A stretch of 64,000 bases of DNA from a virus, in IMG/VR virus record IMGVR_UViG_3300045988_107970, positions 1 to 64,000 of that record; one strand, 5' to 3'. Below the pieces are notes generated by a model. That model saw nothing but the letters and a program-made list of their open reading frames with translations, was not told where the DNA came from and did not search any database. The position numbers were made by a program, and so were the translations under genes. Shown here in pieces: positions 1 to 8,139 of the stretch; within the stretch, counting starts at the first letter, position 1; the number at the start of each line of letters is the position of its first letter.

Positions 1-69
1 CCATAAATCGACCCCCTATATGCTATTAAGATACAATCATATGCGTTCGATAAAACTAACACCCTATAT

Positions 70-122
70 GTTTGTGACGCGGTATCAAAAAAAAAAAACC
101 AAACATAACAAACGTCACAAAC
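70..122. repeat. 10-bp inverted repeat enclosing an A12 tract
   Basis: GTTTGTGACG (70-79) and CGTCACAAAC (113-122) are exact reverse complements; A12 at 87-98 lies in the loop. Confidence 0.8.
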
Positions 123-164
123 ATATATAACATTATAACCTATACCGTGCATCTGCCTATAGTT

Positions 165-486
165 ATTGAACATATGTTATATAACGAACAAAACGCGCCT
201 AGAGAGCGAAATGTGAAGGTTTTATGGAGAGCAACTTTCTCAACCTTGCCGCCGCCCGTTATGGCAATATTGCAATTGCCCCGTGGGTCAACGCGCCACC
301 AGACGCGGTGACTTAACGGGGCTACACATAGCCACGCGGGTTTTGTGGGGATTCTGTGAATCACCGCCAAACGTGGCAATATGTAGCCAACGCCCACGGC
401 AATGGGCGCGTACCTTTAGGATCGCATAGGTGAGCATGGCAACGGGTAGCCCCGCCCATGCAATATCAACCAACATTGAACATATG
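165..486. repeat. GC-rich non-coding block bounded by exact 12-nt direct repeat ATTGAACATATG
   Basis: Repeat copies at 165-176 and 475-486. Interior has TGGCAA-type motifs (262-267, 374-379, 397-402, 437-442) and a nested hairpin at 279-321. Confidence 0.7.
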
Positions 487-542
487 GTTTAGTCCTACTA
501 TGGGCGGGTAAGTATCCGCTAACACAACAGATAGGAGTTATC

Positions 543-779
543 ATGAACGACAAACTACGGACTGCCGCACGCCTGCTAGCACGCTATAGCTACAATATGG
601 GCGAAAATATCGCCAACGCTGATAACTATGAGTTTTGGCATGCAAAGTATATGGGTGCAAGGTATATGCTTTTCGCATTGACTGGGCTTGACGGTACAAC
701 CATCGGCAACGAGGATAACGAGGTTATTGTTATGTTGTCCGATGATAGCAACCACTACACGTTTGACTTCAAGTTTTAG
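543..779 (+). CDS. hypothetical protein (78 aa)
   Basis: ORF track; GGAG Shine-Dalgarno 7 nt upstream of ATG. Confidence 0.6.
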   Translation: MNDKLRTAARLLARYSYNMGENIANADNYEFWHAKYMGARYMLFALTGLDGTTIGNEDNEVIVMLSDDSNHYTFDFKF

Positions 780-894
780 TTGCGAGGGTACCCGCCTTAT
801 AGGGTACCCGCCCATAGTGGGACTTGACCATATATCAGACCGCAGCATATGGCGCGGTGGCATATCATCATCACTGCTACAGTTTGGAGCTATA

Positions 895-1182
895 ATGATC
901 GTTTATTCCACCGCCTACCACACCGTAAAGTTCACCATCAACACCGTTGACGAGGACGGCTTTATCAAGAGCATTGACGGCGAGAACTTTGTACAGATTG
1001 ACCGCGCCGACATTGACGGCGCACGGCACGCGCAACACAAGGCGCAAGACTTGTATCTGCGCAAGGTATTGCAGACCTGCGAGTATTGCAAGCGTGATAG
1101 CAAAGTGTTCTGCGCTGTCGTGACGTGGGAGTATACCGACCATCTTGGTAACACCTGCGAAACTGGCAAGTTCACCATCTAG
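895..1182 (+). CDS. hypothetical protein (95 aa; internal ATG of ORF 688..1182)
   Basis: ATG 895 preceded by GGAGC; upstream part of the long ORF overlaps 543..779. Confidence 0.5.
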   Translation: MIVYSTAYHTVKFTINTVDEDGFIKSIDGENFVQIDRADIDGARHAQHKAQDLYLRKVLQTCEYCKRDSKVFCAVVTWEYTDHLGNTCETGKFTI

Positions 1183-1280
1183 CACGCCACCACAACCACC
1201 ACAACCCGCCACCGTGCCATATATTGCGGTCTGATAATAGTTGACAGCCTACGATACGGGGCGCAAGACTGGAGCATACC

Positions 1281-1568
1281 ATGAAAGTTTCCACCGCTCA
1301 ATTTATGCGCGAGTGCGTTGCACAAACTAGTATCTATATCGGTACGTTTCGCGCCGCACTTGACGAGGGCGACCTTGCACAAAATATTAACTGGGACGCA
1401 CTGTCAACGGCGCAACGGCGTTTATCAACCAACCAACCAACCAACAAGGAGGAACTATGTACACAATCGACTACACGTCTCACGTTTCAGGTGGTTTCGG
1501 CTACCATATGGACGCATTTGATGCGACTTTGGAAGCCGATAGCATCTTTGCCGTATTGGACTTTATAA
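1281..1568 (+). CDS. hypothetical protein, doubtful
   Basis: GGAGC RBS before ATG 1281, but the 3' third overlaps the better-supported ORF 1457..1720. Confidence 0.3.
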   Translation: MKVSTAQFMRECVAQTSIYIGTFRAALDEGDLAQNINWDALSTAQRRLSTNQPTNKEELCTQSTTRLTFQVVSATIWTHLMRLWKPIASLPYWTL

Positions 1569-1720
1569 AGTCGAACTTTGTGATGGACTGCGATTATGTT
1601 ACGGTCAACTCTATTTTCTGTGGGAATCGTGAACTTGATATAGACGAACTGTATCATTATGTGGAGCGGTTCAGTTGGGCTGACTGGGACTATTGGCACC
1701 ATCCCGAAGATTGGGAGTAG
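1457..1720 (+). CDS. hypothetical acidic protein (87 aa)
   Basis: Strong RBS AAGGAGG 6 nt upstream of ATG. Confidence 0.65.
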   Translation: MYTIDYTSHVSGGFGYHMDAFDATLEADSIFAVLDFIKSNFVMDCDYVTVNSIFCGNRELDIDELYHYVERFSWADWDYWHHPEDWE

Positions 1721-1769
1721 CAAAAGATTAGGGCGCGGTAGTTCGCCGCGCCCACGATTGGAGGAAAAT

Positions 1770-2003
1770 ATGTACAATATCATAGCTAAGTCACTGACAA
1801 AAGACGCGCCGTCTGGCAAGGTGTATACCGTCACGTTGCGAAAGTGGGATATGCCCGTTTCGCCTTACGAGGTGGTATACGAGATGGACGATACGGAAAA
1901 TAAGTACAACCCGGGCACGTATCGAGTATACGAGTACGGAACATTTGACGATGCACGCGCATCGTTTATGGAAGAAACTAGTTCCATATTGGACATTTTA
2001 TAG
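1770..2003 (+). CDS. hypothetical protein (77 aa)
   Basis: Internal ATG of ORF 1659..2003 with GGAGGAA RBS; terminator follows. Confidence 0.6.
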   Translation: MYNIIAKSLTKDAPSGKVYTVTLRKWDMPVSPYEVVYEMDDTENKYNPGTYRVYEYGTFDDARASFMEETSSILDIL

Positions 2004-2008
2004 AGCTA

Positions 2009-2036
2009 GGGGAACTCTATAGTTCCCCTTTTTTTT
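2009..2036 (+). terminator. intrinsic terminator
   Basis: GGGGAACT/AGTTCCCC stem, CTAT loop, T8 run. Confidence 0.85.
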
Positions 2037-2208
2037 GGAAAAAATTATGGAGATTTGATGGAAGTTTCATGGAGAAAATCCTAGACTGGAATATGGAGAA
2101 ACTGTGGAGCATTTGTGGAGATTTGACGCGCTGGAAAATTGCAAGCTGGAAAATACCGAAACGCGCTAAAATGGAGTGGTACGCGAAACAGACTGGAAAG
2201 GTGGAAAA

Positions 2209-2376
2209 ATGTTTCGGAAAATTGTAGACTGGATGCGCACACCCGAGGGCAAGGAATACGTAGCTGGAATTATTTTCGGAATGGTCGGAATAATTGCCGT
2301 GAGAACGTTTTGTTTCTTTGTGTGCTTGGCAACTGGATACCCTGCTAATCCTTGGAACATTTTGTTTTGGTTGTAA
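2209..2376 (+). CDS. small membrane protein (55 aa, one hydrophobic helix)
   Basis: ATG 2209 within ORF 2176..2376; hydrophobic core IIFGMVGIIAVRTFCFFVCLA; terminator follows. Confidence 0.5.
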   Translation: MFRKIVDWMRTPEGKEYVAGIIFGMVGIIAVRTFCFFVCLATGYPANPWNILFWL

Positions 2377-2380
2377 GATT

Positions 2381-2409
2381 AGAGCGGATTAAATATCCGC
2401 TCTTTTTTT
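2381..2409 (+). terminator. intrinsic terminator
   Basis: AGAGCGGAT/ATCCGCTCT stem followed by T run. Confidence 0.85.
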
Positions 2410-3832
2410 GTGGAAAAATGTTACTGGGATAATCGCATTACGGATAAACCACGTAAGCATTGCGGAAAAACTACCGAGTGCGGAAAAACTAAGGCGCTCA
2501 AATGCGTTTTAAGGCGTGGAAAAACGATAGCCCTTAGTCGGACAAGCGCGGAAAAAACTATACCCTTAAATCGCCTTACAGTGCCTTATACGGACAAATG
2601 CTATCGCGCTAGTCGGAAAAGATAGCGGAATATTTGAGACAAGCGCGGAAGATTATAGAGATTCTATGGTTGGAAAATCAACATGGAAAATACCGTGCTA
2701 TCGCATGGAAAATCTATTGACAGCCTATACGGAACTATATTATCATGTTATCTTTTGTGGAAAAATATTACGCAAGTTTACGGAAAAATGTTGCCTAACT
2801 GATAGCAATACGCCACGGAAAAAATGATACTAATACTAACTCATTATAATGTATATAATATTATATATGTATATATGTATACGGAAAAATCAACGCGCAA
2901 GCATTACGGAAAAATGCTACATACTTACTAGCATTTAAACGCTACCTAATCAGTCGGAAAATAATTACTACTAGTCTAGTCGGAATTAAATGTTACGGAA
3001 AAAATAACATATAAATTGTTGTCGGAATAATAACGTTACGGAAAAACTATCATATCGAAATGTTACGGAAAAACTAACGTTACCTCACGGAAAATATATA
3101 CAACATCATAAACATTATAATGAATATATACATCTGATACATTACATATATATATAATATGTTACTAGTCGGAAAATATATATACGTTATATACGTATGG
3201 AATATTACATATATCTAATACGTTATATACGTATATAACATTATGCTTAGTCGGAAAATTATAATTACTACTATATCAGTCGGAATATATCCATGATAAA
3301 AATCTATCACAGATAATAAATATCTATCGTGTGGAAAAATTATGTGCTGCGGAAAATCTATTGACGCTCACGGAAAAATCAACACGCAAGTGTTGCGTGA
3401 TTGTAGTAGCCGCACGGAAAATCTATGGTAAAGAACATACCACTTAGATACCAATTATTTATCATGGTTAGGGTACCTAAATATATATATCTAGCTGGAC
3501 AAATGCCGCACACGGCTTGATAAACGCATACCCTTAGTGCGTAGACGCGGCGCGGAAAATATGCCCTTAAATCGAAAGATAAAACGTTTTATCAACGATT
3601 GTAGGTTTGGAGCGTGCGCGGAAAAACTGATAAACAGATTAACGCTAACGCCCACACCGCGCGCCACGGAAAAAGTTCGCTAGCACAACACGGAATAAAG
3701 CACAAGCGCGGAAGAAAGATACACGCTATCAACACACCTACGGAAAAATCAAACGCGAGTACCACACGGAAGATTGAATTGCAATAGCTACGGAAAATCT
3801 GCATACAAAATACACACACTTTTTGTCTATGT

Positions 3833-3877
3833 TTAATTGTGTTGATACTGTGACGGAAAAGATTCTCGACCATATGG
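3833..3877 (+). promoter_or_regulatory. copy of the conserved early-region motif (TTAATTGTGT..TGTGA..GGAAAAGATTCTCGAC-CATATGG)
   Basis: Aligns by eye with copies at 4417, 4755, 6912, 7238, 9834 and 13562; 55 nt upstream of the ORF at 3934. Confidence 0.6.
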
Positions 3878-3933
3878 CGGCGCGTTTTGGTATCTTATAG
3901 ATACGGATAGACGCGAGCAGAAAGGGCGAGCAG

Positions 3934-4170
3934 ATGAACAAGTTTGAGAAAATCGTTCTTGCCAAAGTCGAGGATAGTATCGGTAGTTTTGAGAACAGCA
4001 TACAAGACGGATGGATTGACGAGGGCGCGTTTACGCGCGAGGGGTTATTTAATACCGTGCGCGGCGAGGTTGTTGCGGAATGTCCGCGCGAGGTTCGTTT
4101 TCTTGGCAACGCGCGGATTGACGAGATATGTTATCATGCGGTAGACAGTTTCGAGTTTCGCACTTGGTAA
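3934..4170 (+). CDS. hypothetical protein (78 aa)
   Basis: ORF track; AAGGG RBS; terminator follows. Confidence 0.6.
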   Translation: MNKFEKIVLAKVEDSIGSFENSIQDGWIDEGAFTREGLFNTVRGEVVAECPREVRFLGNARIDEICYHAVDSFEFRTW

Positions 4171-4174
4171 CTTG

Positions 4175-4201
4175 GCAAGGGCTTATGCCCTTGCTTTTTT
4201 G
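4175..4201 (+). terminator. intrinsic terminator
   Basis: GCAAGGGC/GCCCTTGC stem, T run. Confidence 0.85.
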
Positions 4202-4315
4202 TTTGCCGCTACAAAAAATAGACAGTCCTCTAGCTTAATAATAATAATAGGATAGGGCGATTTTTGTGTCAAGCGTCAATCTAAAATCTCCATACAATCT
4301 CCATAGATCCACAAA

Positions 4316-4417
4316 GTTCAATTTTGAACCACGAGTTCAATTTAAAATTGAACTAATCGAACTAATGCGCAACCTAAATTGAACTTTAAAATTGAACTTT
4401 TATATCTATCTTTGAAC
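4316..4417. repeat. cluster of ATTGAAC/GTTCAAT boxes (at least 7 copies in 100 bp)
   Basis: Inverted pairs at 4316-4329 and 4335-4353; direct AAATTGAACTTT at 4376-4387 and 4389-4400; TTGAAC at 4412-4417. Confidence 0.8.
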
Positions 4418-4460
4418 TGTGTAGAGATTGTGAATGTAAAGTTTCTGGGCTTGGTTCAAT
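4417..4460 (+). promoter_or_regulatory. early-region conserved motif copy
   Basis: CTGTGTAGAGATTGTGAATGTAAAGTTTCTGGGCTTGGTTCAAT; nearly identical to the copy at 4755. Confidence 0.6.
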
Positions 4461-4509
4461 CAATCAATGATAAATTATGGGTACTGACAGACACGAGAAA
4501 GGTTAGACC

Positions 4510-4749
4510 ATGAACACCATCAATATCAACACCAACGGCAAGATGCACGAGTACGATATGAGCAAACATATGTATTGTATTATTGACAATCACGTTGACA
4601 ATGGCTTTATTGCTTTTTGCTCAACACTCGAAAAGGCGCGTAAAATGTGCCATGAGTATTGTGCAGACGTTTACGACAGTGAACCCGAGAATGTGGAAAG
4701 CGTGTGGATTGATGATTATGAGCTTGACACGTGGGCGTGGCTGGCTTAA
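4510..4749 (+). CDS. hypothetical protein (79 aa)
   Basis: ORF track; GAGAAAGG RBS. Confidence 0.6.
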   Translation: MNTININTNGKMHEYDMSKHMYCIIDNHVDNGFIAFCSTLEKARKMCHEYCADVYDSEPENVESVWIDDYELDTWAWLA

Positions 4750-4754
4750 CGAGA

Positions 4755-4807
4755 TTTAATTGTGTTGAGATTGTGAAGGTGAAGTTTCTGGGCTTACCGC
4801 GCTCAAT
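4755..4807 (+). promoter_or_regulatory. early-region conserved motif copy
   Basis: TTTAATTGTGTTGAGATTGTGAAGGTGAAGTTTCTGGGCTTACC... Confidence 0.6.
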
Positions 4808-4809
4808 AA

Positions 4810-5325
4810 GTGATAAATTATAAGTACAGAAACCAACCACAAGGAAAGGAAAGAACGTTGGCTACTAAGACTTTTGATTTTGGCAAGATTGACTACTATG
4901 GTCGTGGTCGTAAGGTTAACCCCGTCACCGTTGAGGTTGAGTTGACGGTAAAGGACGGCAAGCCCTGCTTTTCTGCTATGGGCATGGTTTACAATCAGTC
5001 AAAAACCGATACCGTTGCTGGGGGTCAATGCCTAGATTCAATCGCAAAGCGCACTAAGAACAAGCAGTTCATGGAGATTTACCGTCTTTGGAAACTGTAC
5101 CATCTTAACGATATGCACGCTGGCACAATCGAGCAGGAGAAAGCAATTGAAGATTGGATGGCAAAGGGGAACCGCTACGATTATACTAGCGCCTGCGACT
5201 ACCTTAAAAGCGTTGGGCTTTATGAGGTGGAGCACAACGGCGAGCCTTACAAGTATGGTCATGCGTGGCTTTACTGGGATATTCCCGAGGATGATTTGAA
5301 GTCTATCAAGGCGCTTTTTGATTAA
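4810..5325 (+). CDS. hypothetical protein (171 aa; start uncertain, alternative TTG 4858)
   Basis: ORF track; GGAAAGGAAAG RBS fits TTG 4858 better; terminator follows. Confidence 0.6.
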   Translation: MINYKYRNQPQGKERTLATKTFDFGKIDYYGRGRKVNPVTVEVELTVKDGKPCFSAMGMVYNQSKTDTVAGGQCLDSIAKRTKNKQFMEIYRLWKLYHLNDMHAGTIEQEKAIEDWMAKGNRYDYTSACDYLKSVGLYEVEHNGEPYKYGHAWLYWDIPEDDLKSIKALFD

Positions 5326-5333
5326 GCGACTAA

Positions 5334-5362
5334 AGGGACTAGGCAACTAGTCCCTATTTTTT
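5334..5362 (+). terminator. intrinsic terminator
   Basis: AGGGACTAG/CTAGTCCCT stem, GCAA loop, T run. Confidence 0.85.
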
Positions 5363-5670
5363 GCCTTTAAATGCTACTGATTGACTATCAATATAGGCAA
5401 CGGAATATAAGCCACTGAGAGCCGATTTAAGCCCTTATATTATCGAGCTGGATAAACTATACCCGATAGGCGTATAACGGCCCTTATATTCGATTCTGTG
5501 GGCTTATGGAGGTAAAAGCGTCTGGACTACCCTAGCGCATTTAACGGATGAACCAAAGCAACCAAAGCAAAGCAGGGCAACGGATAAAATAATATATGGA
5601 GAGAATGTGTAGGCGCTTATACCGTGATACTATTTAACCAACGGAAGGGACGCGAGAAAGGCGGCACAAA

Positions 5671-5931
5671 ATGAAAACCATCACGCGCACTGGCAAGTAC
5701 TTGCACGCGATAGCCGAGGGCAGAAAGAACGGCACGGAGCTTGTGAGGACGTGGGCGCTTTGCTCTAAACCGCGCAAGCGTTACGCGCGACATCTGGTCG
5801 AGGTTTACGGCTGGGACGTGCGCGGAGCAATTCAACGCGCTTATATTTTCGGCTATGATTTTATGCCCTATAGCTACAAAGAAAAGCGCCCCATTATGGA
5901 GACGCGCACGAAAAAGAGTTTCGGCTTTTAG
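5671..5931 (+). CDS. hypothetical basic protein (86 aa)
   Basis: ORF track; GAGAAAGG RBS; terminator follows. Confidence 0.6.
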   Translation: MKTITRTGKYLHAIAEGRKNGTELVRTWALCSKPRKRYARHLVEVYGWDVRGAIQRAYIFGYDFMPYSYKEKRPIMETRTKKSFGF

Positions 5932-5937
5932 ATTCTG

Positions 5938-5969
5938 GCGCTCACTGAAAAGGTGGGCGCTTTTCTTTT
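5938..5969 (+). terminator. intrinsic terminator
   Basis: GCGCTCAC/GTGGGCGC stem (one G-U pair), T-rich tail. Confidence 0.75.
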
Positions 5970-6186
5970 ATATGTTCATTTGTGGAGAAATTATGGAGTT
6001 CGTAGATCACACGTTCACAACCTAAAAGTATGGTATTATGTAACTAGTCGGGAGGACAAAGCGACCTACATACGCCACTCATAATGACTTATTTATTGAG
6101 CTACAGTTCTGCCTATTTTTTAGTTAACCATTAGAAACTTTTATCTGGATATAATTATATGAAGATGATATGGAGACAAGCAAAGC

Positions 6187-6453
6187 ATGGTAATATCTAA
6201 TCAAGGAAAGAAACCAACTGAAAGGCGGTACAACATGGTATTCAAGGATTTGCGGGAGCTTTGGAGCGGCATGGTCAACGTGGTTGTTCGCACCAAAGAT
6301 AAACCATCGCTTTGCATTGAAGATTATCCATTTGATATAGTGCAAAAATATCCTTGGGTAGACGATTGCGAAGTTTGGTCGATTGACCCCGACATGTATA
6401 TACAACGTGATGGTCATTCGAGTTGCGTTATCACGCTCGACTATAAGGGATAG
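6187..6453 (+). CDS. hypothetical protein (88 aa; alternative ATG 6235)
   Basis: ORF track. Confidence 0.5.
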   Translation: MVISNQGKKPTERRYNMVFKDLRELWSGMVNVVVRTKDKPSLCIEDYPFDIVQKYPWVDDCEVWSIDPDMYIQRDGHSSCVITLDYKG

Positions 6454-6574
6454 CAACAAGCCTACCAAAAAAGGTGGGCTTTATTTTTGCGTGTATATCT
6501 GTGTAGATAATGTGAACACGGCAAAGCTATGGTACTATTTAATCAACGAAAGGAACCTACAGAAAGGGCGAACA

Positions 6575-6871
6575 TTGGTTATCTATAAGAATTGGCGCGG
6601 TTGTGAAAACATTGATTGGGGCCACTACAATACGCAAGCAGACCCCGACATGATTTACAAGGGCTACACTTTTAACTACTGGGATATTGAGGACGCTTTG
6701 TGGAATGAGTTTTGCGAACTTAACAATTACGATGATTCACAAAGTGGAGATTTTGCCATAGAGTCTAAGTTTAGCGCTTGGGTTAAAGACAACGCCGAAA
6801 GCTACCTAGACGATTGTATCTGTGGTGGGTATTTTGCCAAAGACTCTAAGTCTTGGCACGATAGCATTTAG
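6575..6871 (+). CDS. hypothetical acidic protein (98 aa, TTG start inside ORF 6383..6871)
   Basis: In-frame TTG 6575 after AGAAAGGG RBS; promoter-like motif at 6490-6540 lies inside the longer ORF. Confidence 0.5.
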   Translation: MVIYKNWRGCENIDWGHYNTQADPDMIYKGYTFNYWDIEDALWNEFCELNNYDDSQSGDFAIESKFSAWVKDNAESYLDDCICGGYFAKDSKSWHDSI

Positions 6872-6875
6872 ATAA

Positions 6876-6904
6876 AGCGCCCTAATATGGGCGCTTTTCT
6901 TTTG
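6876..6904 (+). terminator. intrinsic terminator
   Basis: AGCGCCC/GGGCGCT stem, T-rich tail. Confidence 0.85.
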
Positions 6905-6911
6905 ACTATTG

Positions 6912-6954
6912 AGATATGTAGATTTTGTGAAGTGAAAGATTCTCGATACTCATA
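6912..6954 (+). promoter_or_regulatory. early-region conserved motif copy
   Basis: GATATGTAGATTTTGTGAAGTGAAAGATTCTCGATACTCATAG. Confidence 0.6.
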
Positions 6955-7030
6955 GACTCCATCAGTGCAATAATAATATCAACCAAAGGGGATAAGCCCG
7001 ATGGGTTGACAATAGCAGAAGGGTAAGAAG

Positions 7031-7195
7031 ATGGACGTTAGGGACGAGCAGAAGGTCATTGCATACGTTGGCGGCAAGGAAGTCTATAGCGGCATTTGGC
7101 GAGATGCACCCGAGGACGTGAAGGCTCTAGACGGCGCATGTGATTGGTATATCCTTGACAGTATCGAGCAATTCGATATTATCATGATTGCCTAG
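7031..7195 (+). CDS. hypothetical small protein (54 aa, below the ORF-track cutoff)
   Basis: Own translation MDVRDEQKVIAYVGGKEVYSG...; AGAAGGG RBS; sits between a promoter motif and a terminator. Confidence 0.5.
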   Translation: MDVRDEQKVIAYVGGKEVYSGIWRDAPEDVKALDGACDWYILDSIEQFDIIMIA

Positions 7196-7201
7196 AGATT
7201 A

Positions 7202-7229
7202 AGGCGGTAGAGATACCGCCTTTTTCTTT
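7202..7229 (+). terminator. intrinsic terminator
   Basis: AGGCGGTA/TACCGCCT stem, GAGA loop, T run. Confidence 0.85.
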
Positions 7230-7237
7230 GTCGGTAT

Positions 7238-7280
7238 ATATGTGTAGACTTTGTGAAGTAAAACATTCACGACAATATAG
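7238..7280 (+). promoter_or_regulatory. early-region conserved motif copy
   Basis: ATATGTGTAGACTTTGTGAAGTAAAACATTCACGACAATATAG. Confidence 0.6.
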
Positions 7281-7342
7281 AATAGATATTAGGTATTATA
7301 TAGACAAGTAAAGCAAAGCCGAGCAGAAAGAAGGCACCTAAA

Positions 7343-7582
7343 TTGACTAAGCGAGTGCGTCAGAAGGACATACGAGAGGATATTGCATACGGCATCGCCC
7401 ACGACCTAAGTGCCGAGTATGGGCGCGATGATTGGTATGAGTACACGCGAAACCTCAAGCTACAGTGCATCGCATATAGCCGTGGCACCTATGGCATAAA
7501 TGGCGCTGAATGGATTAGCCGAGCAGATGGTGAGCTGTATGCTGTTGGTAGTCGTAATAGCGCCCTTGCATCGCTTTATTAA
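7343..7582 (+). CDS. hypothetical protein (79 aa, TTG start)
   Basis: ORF track; AGAAAGAAGG RBS; terminator follows. Confidence 0.55.
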   Translation: MTKRVRQKDIREDIAYGIAHDLSAEYGRDDWYEYTRNLKLQCIAYSRGTYGINGAEWISRADGELYAVGSRNSALASLY

Positions 7583-7592
7583 CCGACTGGAA

Positions 7593-7619
7593 GGGATGGG
7601 AAACCATCCCTTTTCTTTT
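7593..7619 (+). terminator. intrinsic terminator
   Basis: GGGATGG/CCATCCC stem, GAAA loop, T-rich tail. Confidence 0.85.
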
Positions 7620-7717
7620 ATCAATACAAATATGTAGATTATATGAATGATCTACAGACATAGCAAACATATGGTAGATTTATATCAAGTTAAAACCTGC
7701 TAGAGATTGGAACGACA

Positions 7718-7924
7718 ATGGCAAAAATGCGGCAGTATACCTATCTTGAAATGACTAAAATCGTCAAGCGCAACGGGTATGAGTACGTTAGATGTGCTGG
7801 CGACCATTGTATATATAAACATGAAGATGGTAACGGTACTATTGTGCTAGCGAAAAAGAAACATATTAACCCATGTATTGCAAGGCGGCTTATCAAAGAG
7901 AACAATTTAATCGTTGACCTGTAA
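7718..7924 (+). CDS. hicA: HicA-like (YcfA family) mRNA interferase toxin homolog
   Basis: 68 aa. Pattern KIVKRNGYEYVRCAGDHCIYKHEDGNGTIVLAKKKHINPCIARRLIKENNL matches the HicA layout (G-[SD]-H-x-I-[YF]-x-H ... short lysine-rich tail). Confidence 0.55.
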   Translation: MAKMRQYTYLEMTKIVKRNGYEYVRCAGDHCIYKHEDGNGTIVLAKKKHINPCIARRLIKENNLIVDL

Positions 7925-8139
7925 ATAACAATCGTTGACTTGTAAACATATTACCCTACAGATGCACCATAAAATGCGTTTGTAGGGTATTGCATTTTTT
8001 ACGCGATAAAACGCTTTATTTGCCCTTGTATTTTAAATATGGGTACTTACTAGGGTAGAGTGCTTATCGGGGCAAATAGGGACAAATAACGCGCTTTAAG
8101 CCTATAAAACGACCCTTTTGAAAGTGGGGTACACAACCA

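Larger units (their letters stand above)
2034..3870 (+). repeat. Strand-specific dispersed array of [C/T]GGAAAA-core repeats (about 36 exact GGAAAA plus about 15 one-mismatch variants)
   Basis: Counted by eye line by line. All copies are on the + strand and no TTTTCC was seen in the interval. 2626-3591 has no ORF >=60 aa in any frame. AT-rich near-palindromic blocks at 2850-2880 and 3100-3245. Confidence 0.9.

Noticed and set aside
140-476. Minus-strand ORFs 140..397 and 288..476 in the GC-rich left-end block
   Set aside because: They overlap each other, I could see no RBS, and the sequence is rich in Arg/Trp/Cys as expected for random GC-rich frames. The block is better explained by repeats and hairpins. 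Not fully excluded.
1430-1446. Short tandem repeat (CAAC)n upstream of ORF 1457, and AACCAAAGC x2 at 5552-5575
   Set aside because: There are only 2-4 units with no further structure, so these are most likely trivial slippage repeats in leaders.
2410-2625. 71-aa ORF MEKCYWDNRITDKPRKHCGKTTECGKT...
   Set aside because: It is the CGGAAAA repeat read in frame (recurrent GK, RK and EN codons). It has no RBS and lies inside the repeat array.
2034-3870. CRISPR array as an explanation for the GGAAAA repeat region
   Set aside because: The repeat units are only about 7-12 nt with irregular 15-60 bp spacing and several sub-families. There are no 25-40-nt direct repeats, no uniform spacers, and no cas genes in the window.
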